A DNA stretch of 64,000 bases from positions 40,424,001-40,488,000 of the forward strand of contig OX597814.1 in the NCBI GenBank assembly GCA_951406725.2, in the 5' to 3' direction. The notes under the pieces were generated by a model that worked only from the letters and a program-made list of their open reading frames with translations, searched no databases and was not told the origin of the DNA. Shown in pieces: positions 56,658 to 64,000 of this stretch (the first letter of the stretch is position 1; each line of letters opens with the position of its first letter). The translations under genes and the position numbers were made by a program. The stretch is from Octopus vulgaris. Its lineage: Eukaryota.

Positions 56658-57329
56658 AACAACAAACAAGATGAGGCCACATATCCGTCAAATGTAAATA
56701 ATGTAAATAATGTTATGAAGTCTTTAATTCCGCAGTTAGAATATGATATTTAATGATGGGTGATTTCAATTTGGTGTGCTCATAAGTTGAAAAGAAACGT
56801 GTGCGTTTCATCTGTAGACAAGGAGTCACTATTCGAATTCATGTACGAATTTTGCCTGTTTCAAAATATGCTCATGCCAAAGAGACTCGAAGAAAACTTG
56901 AAAATTTAGTAACCACATTTAAACTGTCCACAATATTACAGTGAAAAAAACAGGATATTGTTCTCTTTAAAATGTGATTCACAAAGCCAAAAATAACACT
57001 GAACGATAACTTTTCAGAACACTGTTTTGACTTCATGGGTCTTCATAAGACAAACTTTCATCGGTTGATTAGTTTTTTACTGACTCTGTAACTACAATCA
57101 GAATGAACTCATCCTGGCGGTTATTATAACAAATATAGACTTTGTCACAAAGATGTATTCACACTACAATCCCCTGTGGTCAATAAGGAAATCTTTACAC
57201 AGTCTACTATGAAAACGTAAAACATGTAAGAAAAATATAAGGGAGTAATCGAAAACCCAACCGGCTAAAATATTACCATTTGCAACACACTCATTTGACA
57301 GATGCACTTTTATACTAAAATAGAAGTAT

Positions 57330-59330
57330 TATTTTCAAAACGGCATAAAGACTGTCGTTGAGATACTCAACAACAGCAGAAGAGAAGGTGGCCATTGAGA
57401 AAAAAAAATGTTCAAGTACTGTACTTATTCGCTAAAAGCATAAGGTTGATGTCTCATCTGTGGGACGTGTAACTGATGATAACAATACTGTATAGTGTTT
57501 GATGCAGAAGACTTGGTTGAGATTCTGCAGAGGCACTACTGCTCCGCTTGCAGCAATCCCAACATGGTTCATCCTGACAGCATCGGTGAAACATCCCGAT
57601 CACACTTTATTAGATATATCATTAGGCGCACCGCATAACTTCGCAGACTACAAAACAAAAACAAAAAGTAACTTCAGGGATCTTTATGTTTCCCGCTAGA
57701 GTCCTGAAGCACTGATGACATCAACTCACATTCCTTTTAAATATTATCTGAAATAAATCACAGGACACTGTAGATATTCCCGATAAATTCCTATCTCAGT
57801 TGATTGTTACATTTTCAAAAAGAGCAACTAATCTATGTTAGTGTATTACCGAACATCCTCACCTATCATATCATCAAATTATTTGAGAGAGTGATGACAT
57901 CAACAATAACTGTCTTCCTCTAATGGAGCAGCTTACTTAATCCAAAACAGTATGATTTCGGCAATGGGAGTGACTTTAAAATTATATATTTTGACTTTCA
58001 GCAATGCTAAATACCGGTTTCTGTTAAGAAAATTATGTAACGTTGGAGTCCGAGGGAAGATATTAAACTGAATCAAATGTTTCCTGCTGAATAAAACACG
58101 TCTTGTGGTGGTCGAGATTATTCAATCAAGCTCAGTAAGCGTCGTAAGTGGTTTCCATGAAGGCATTCGAAAGGACCAAGACATTTTCGTGATTGAATTT
58201 ATTGCCATCATTGAAATCATCAATCCCGTCAGCATTAGAACATTCCTGGATGACTATATATTTCTGAAGGGTAAGGGACCCGACAAATCTCCAATCAGAT
58301 CTGTTCACTGTTATCCAATGAGCGCAAAATCCTGCTCAACGAGAATAAATGTCAATTAATCCCTTCGGTAAGAGGTGAAATTATACTCCTCCAGCCGGCG
58401 AAATCATTGTGGGACCAAACAATATTAGTGTTATTTGAGTAAATGTTAGCTCCAAATTAAGCAACATGTTTCTTTACTCGAACGAGCTAAGGTACCTAAA
58501 ATATGACTGTATTATAAAAAAATAGTTAAATATCTGTTCCAGATGCAGCTAATAAGTTAGACATGGTCTGGGCCAATAATAGCCGAAATTTATCTTAGTA
58601 TATATTATATAAAGGCATAATGACACCACAATTCTCCAAAAAACCAATGTTTCACCCCAAGGCACTTGTAGATATATTTAAATCCGCAACTGTATGGAGG
58701 ACGGCAGCTGCTGCAGCTGTGATAGTCTCCAAATTCAGCTACCATAAAGGCGTACACTGATCGAAAGAATTCCAATGATTGGTGTTGATCATATCTGCCA
58801 TTTTTGTTGTGTAACCAGAAAATAATTGATCACCTCATCTGTGTTTGCGCAATACAAGCATCAAATGAATGCGTTAATCGCCATGAAGGACAGTTATGAT
58901 TTTCACTGTATCATACCATTGGATTCCCACATGAGAAATATTGGGAACATAACTCACCATAGTAGTAAAGTATCAAGGTATTCCAACCAACACAAAATAG
59001 TGAGAATCAAATAACATTAAATCCCATCTTATAGGCATATCGTTTCCAGCAGACTGCAACTCTTCTGTATAATACAATTGCTAAATAAACAGAAAACCTC
59101 AAAATTTCAGAACTATCAAGAAACTTCTGCCCACATCGTAACGAATACGTTGTAAAACTAAAATACTTGATCCCCTTAAAACTCTTTCAATACTAAAGTG
59201 TTACAAATTTAAGAAAATCTTAGACCTTAGATTTTGTTCTCCTTTTCCTGCAACATATCCTTGCTGATCTTAAATAATACCTATTGTAAAAAGTCCAACT
59301 TGCTGTTAGTAGGAGTGTTTAGGGAGACTC
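57330..59330 (+). mobile_element. Old, heavily decayed CR1/L2-group LINE
   Basis: HIIKLFERVM..LLNPKQYDF; LRKLCNVGVRGKILN*IKCFL..VVSGFHEG..IRTFLDD. Boundaries approximate. Confidence 0.7.
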
Positions 59331-59492
59331 CGAACAGCTCGTATAGAACAAAGCAACAACAACGTAAATAAATAATTATCACCACTACCACCACCAAGAA
59401 AAAACAACAAGAGTTATAATAATACATACATACATCCATTCAACCATGTATATATGTGTATGTGTGAGTGTGTGTGTGTGTGTGTGTGTGTA

Positions 59493-59770
59493 TAGAAGGT
59501 TGAAAAGGAACACACGAGTTGATATGTATATGGAAAAATGTCAAGGCAGAAAATGCTAAGATAAATTTATAAACAAAAAACATTTCAGTACCGGTTTCAT
59601 TCATTGAAACCTTTTCAAATGTATGTATGGAAAAACATTAAATTTTGGAAAAGTTTAATAAAAGAATATTTGTATAGTATTCAAATACAAGGGCTATTTT
59701 CCTTGTTTCTGCCTGTCTCTGTGTCTCTTGGTTACTCTTGTGGGCTCTAGGTCGTTGTGAATTCTTGGTA
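59493..59770 (-). mobile_element. Short insert between (TG)n and (TA)n with a degenerate hammerhead-like motif
   Basis: Minus: TTGAAAA ggtttcaatgaat GAAA ccgg TA; stems I and II poorly paired. Confidence 0.35.
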
Positions 59771-59791
59771 TATATATATATATATATATAT

Positions 59792-60780
59792 ATGGCCACC
59801 CTTGCTAAATATGCAGATGACACAATCTCCCACACAATGCAAAACCCTGAAAATATTGCGCATCTGCAAGAGGATTTGGATACAATATACAGGCGGGCTG
59901 AGTACAACAACATGCAGTTTAATGCAGGTAAGTTCCAGGCCCTGCGCTAGCGCCACACAAAGGTAAACGACGTGCAGACTGGATACACTGGCCCAGGAAA
60001 AATTGCAATCCCTGAGTCAAAATCAGTGCCTGACCTGGGCATTGACATGAGCAATGATGCATATTTCCAAGTGCATATTACTAATCTGAGGATAAAATGC
60101 AGACGGCTAGGTGGATGTATTCTCCGAACTTTCAGAACAAGAGAGACGGAGACACTGATGGTCCTCTGGAAAACATTCGTCCTCAGCCGCTTGGACTGCT
60201 GCTCTCAACTACGGTCACCACACAATATAAAACTAACAGCAGAACTCGAAGCAAAGAAGATCGTCTGAATGCAAAGTATCAGCTACTGGGAAAAACTGAA
60301 AGTGTTAAACCTCTTCTCCCTAGAGCGGAGGCGGGAGAGGTATGCGGTGATATACATCTGGAAAATCCTGGAGGGTCTTGTCCCAAACTTTGGCATTCAA
60401 AGTTACCACAACCGCAGAACGGAGTTCCACTACATGGTGCCAAAGATTCCAACATCACCATCAAAATACAGGTCCAGATACTGCAACAGCTTGGGTTTCA
60501 GAGGACCACAGCTCTTTAACATCCACCCTAAATGCCTGAGAGACTTACATGGTGTGGATGTGGGTTTCTTTAAAACTAAACTGGATCTCTTCTTGTCGGG
60601 AGTCCCAGATGAACCTATCTCACGACAGGAGACGCAGATGCGGGCAGCAGCATCGAACTCCCTTGTTGATCAAGTGCCACGTATCAGAGGTGGATTCACA
60701 TATAAGTGTAGCTCATTCAGCGGTGGTGCCCCAGTATGGCCGCGGCCTTCGGGCAAAACATTTTTAAGGATTTAAGGATT
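59792..60780 (+). mobile_element. 5'-truncated CR1/L2-group LINE with intact 3' end
   Basis: YADDT..LQEDLDTIY..MQFNAGKFQ; DLGI; SYWEKLKVLNLFSLERRRERY; FKTKLDLFL; tail of aggattta repeats. Confidence 0.9.
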
Positions 60781-61437
60781 TATATATATACATGTGTAAT
60801 TCTCTTTATATATATTATATATCTATATTTTCTCGTGGATGAGCACGTATATGGGTGTACACTCGTCAATGCAGGAAAGAAAAACTCTATGATACCATAC
60901 ACAATGGAGCTGTGGAATAATTGTAAAATATTTTTAAGCTTTAAATTAACCATATAGAAGATCGGAACGTAGGTCTATATTGTGTTAAATTTCGCAAAAT
61001 ATATTTAGTAAAAACTTCGTGATATTTCTGACTTATTATGTTCTGTTTATTGCTTTTCATTCAGCACAAAATATACCGTGTATCATATCCCCAATTTAAA
61101 GTTCGTTATCTTTAGATCATTTATTAGATAATATGTATATATTTTATTTGTTGAAAATCCCTTGACAGTATTAATTTACATTACTACTCCTTTTCTTATA
61201 CGAAGTAAATCTATTTTCGATATAAAAGGAGCGTAAATTGCAATAAAAGTATGAAACAAATATATGAGCAGATGTTTGCAATGATAAGCAGCAACGATTG
61301 TGAAAGGATATAACTTCTAGACAATAAACAGAATATGCAATAACCCGGGGACTTGCAGTCATGTACGGAATTGCTATAATAAATAAGTATCCGGAAATGC
61401 AGCAATGTTTAACATTTAGACTGCTATGAGAACGTTG

Positions 61438-61640
61438 ATGTGGCAGAATCCTTAGCACGTTGGACAAAATGGCTACCGGAATTTCGTCGTCATAGTGTTC
61501 TGATTTCAAATTTCGCCGAGGTGGACTTTGACTTTCGTAGTCAATAGAATATGTACCAATTGAATACTTGAGTTAATGTAATCAACTTAGCCATACACCA
61601 AAATTGCTGGTCTTCCACCCCTATTTCAAACCAATATTTA
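61438..61640 (+). mobile_element. tRNA-derived SINE (family of 10155-10350)
   Basis: tggcagaatccttagcacg..ttcaaatttcgccgaggtggactttgactttc. Confidence 0.7.
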
Positions 61641-64000
61641 GACTGCTACAAACGACAAAGCCTGAGTAATTGAATATGTGGGAATCCTCAACTTACTCAT
61701 AGTTTTTTTTTAATAGCTCTGGATTTCAAAAAAACCTACCTCTTCCTTTTTTATTCCCGATTTGATTATAGTTTTATATTTACCTGTCCACCTCTCAAAT
61801 ACGAAACATGAAAACAAAAATTACTTTGGAAATTTCAAAGAAAAATAATTATTCACATTTCAAATTAAATAATTATCAATATATATATTTTTAAAACGTT
61901 AAATGTAATAAAAGAAAAGTTCATAATTATTTCTTTTTGGCTTCAACTAGTAAATAGGGTGGGGTGAGTATTATTTAATTGCGGGTTTCCTAGTTTAATT
62001 AAGCACATTTTCTTTGCATGTGTGTATTTAATTTTAAATTGTACGATTAGTTTTCACCGGCGGTGTAGGTGAAGGGGGAATTCTAACAGGGTGAAAAGGG
62101 AGCTAACACATGCCAAATTTTGGGTGGTTAGATAATGTGTTATTGCTAATAATTGTCTTATTGCTAGAGTTTAGGACGTTCTTAGTGCTAGGAGGGACCC
62201 TTTGCATTTGCAAAGAGTATTATTATGGAATGATGGGGGCGAGTGGGCTTGCTGTGCGACTATTTTTAAGTGTTTAATGTTTACCGGTTAATTGGATTCA
62301 TAAATATGTTATTCTAGTTTGGGATAATGAATGCATGCATGAAGACAAGAGGTGTTATTCTACAGGTATTTCTAAAATGCGTAAGGGCCCACGTAAAGAC
62401 AAAAAAGTTCACACATTTTATGTTGAGAACGGTTTCCTTAACCGTAAGTATAGCTAGGCGTTCTGATAGGCAGAGGTCACAGCGTCTATTTGCGGTGTTG
62501 TAGGAGGATATTTTTGTGAGAATACGCCAGTTTAAGCTAAAATCTATTTTTCTACCCTTCAGTTCACAAATGTATGTACCCGCACCTAACTAATACTCAT
62601 CCTGCCCTAATACCTAAACGAAAATACTCAATCTACCAAAAGCAAACCTCTATCCAGAGAATTTACCTGTGCAAGAACAAAATTTAATGTAAAAATTACC
62701 AGTTTTGTTTACATTACCGTTTCATGTGTATCAATTATTTTCAAATCATAACCGAACCATCTATCTATATTAACATTCTGAAGAGATTTACTTAAACCAG
62801 TGATTTGAAACGATCGTAAATGCTACCTTCATCTCCCTTCATATTTCTTTGGTTTCTAATTAATTAAAGACATACCAGATAAAACTACGAGCTTCTCAAT
62901 GTTATTATATCCATTTTATTATCCTATATAACGTAAACCAAATCACCTGCTAACGTAAATCCTTATAAAGAACTGTACATACCTCGTGTCTATTTGTGTG
63001 CGTGAGAGCATAAAATGTGCATATGTGTGTGTATTTTGTTCCTTCTCTTGCATCGTTATTTACAAATAACAATTTTAGCGTCTACGAAGTCACTATTATA
63101 TGCATACACAGTCTCACAGATATGATTTTGATCATTTAATTTTATTTATAAAACAGCACTGATTATAAATTTAAATAAAAGAAAATGAAATCAATTCGTC
63201 TTAACGTTCATTCTTTCCAGAGAATCCAATAATCTAAGTTAGAGAGAAGACAAAAGAGTTTTGACCACGAGTGAGAAATTTATTGGACAGTGAATGAAGA
63301 TAGAGAATGGATTATCATATGAGGGATCGATAAAAAAGATATTGATAGGTAGAGTTGGGAATATCTACTAATGTATATCTTTTTATCTCCCTCTCGTTAT
63401 CATATGTTGCTAAATACAACAGAGCATTCAGATAAGACAGAACTGAGACATTTTGGAAAATAGAAACTCTCAATTGCTGTCTGAAGCAAAAGATAACGGT
63501 GGTCTAAGCTGGATGGTATTTGTGATAAATCTAGTACATATGTTAATGGTTTTAAACATCAGATTTATTGATAAAGAAACAAAAACTACATTTATGTGGT
63601 TGATTCAACCTAGTGTGCTTAGGTGTGAAGTCTAACATATGATGGTTTGTTTGAATAATATCGAACCTTATAGCTAAATTTCAGGTAGAAGAAAGACTAT
63701 GCAGGGAGTAGAAGCATTTTAGGGAACGCTTTGTTTCTCCAAGACAGGTAAGTGCTAAATAGCCACCAAATCATCAATGGCATTAACGGAAATATAGTTC
63801 CCTAATTTCAGAAAAGACCACACATATTCATGGTAGAAATATTGTCTACACTCTCGACGTCAACACTTGTCAATCATATCATTGATTTCATTCGACAGCA
63901 AAGTGACAGAAACATACGCAGGTTATTTTCTCAGATCTCCAACAATCCTATCAGCAGTATCGATATCAAAAATAACACTGGCAGCGAGAATGCATGAACC

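Overview
AT-rich, microsatellite-dense eukaryotic DNA with no intact protein-coding gene. The SINE families, the (TA)n/(AAT)n/(CTAT)n load and the transposon mix fit a cephalopod (Octopus-like) intergenic or intronic region; this is inference. Almost all ORFs in the supplied track are microsatellite artefacts. Real coding remnants are decayed mobile elements: Tc1/mariner (DUF4817-type, maT/DD37D-type, Mos1-type), non-autonomous Helitrons plus a RepHel fragment, a cluster of R4/Dong-type RLE retrotransposon 3' ends within (AAT)n tracts, a Penelope-like element (RT + GIY-YIG), CR1/L2-group LINEs and tRNA-derived SINEs. The most notable signal is a set of unrelated short (150-850 bp) non-coding elements inside microsatellites, each carrying a minimal type I hammerhead ribozyme motif with a palindromic stem III. 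Two have canonical CUGANGA cores (48527-48622, 56613-56657). Three families have a compensatory UUGANAA (U3-A8) core (30914-30954 and 31328-31368; 40074-40120; weaker at 4093-4129). They look like Penelope pLTR-derived, retrozyme-like elements. All motifs were folded by eye and none is tested.
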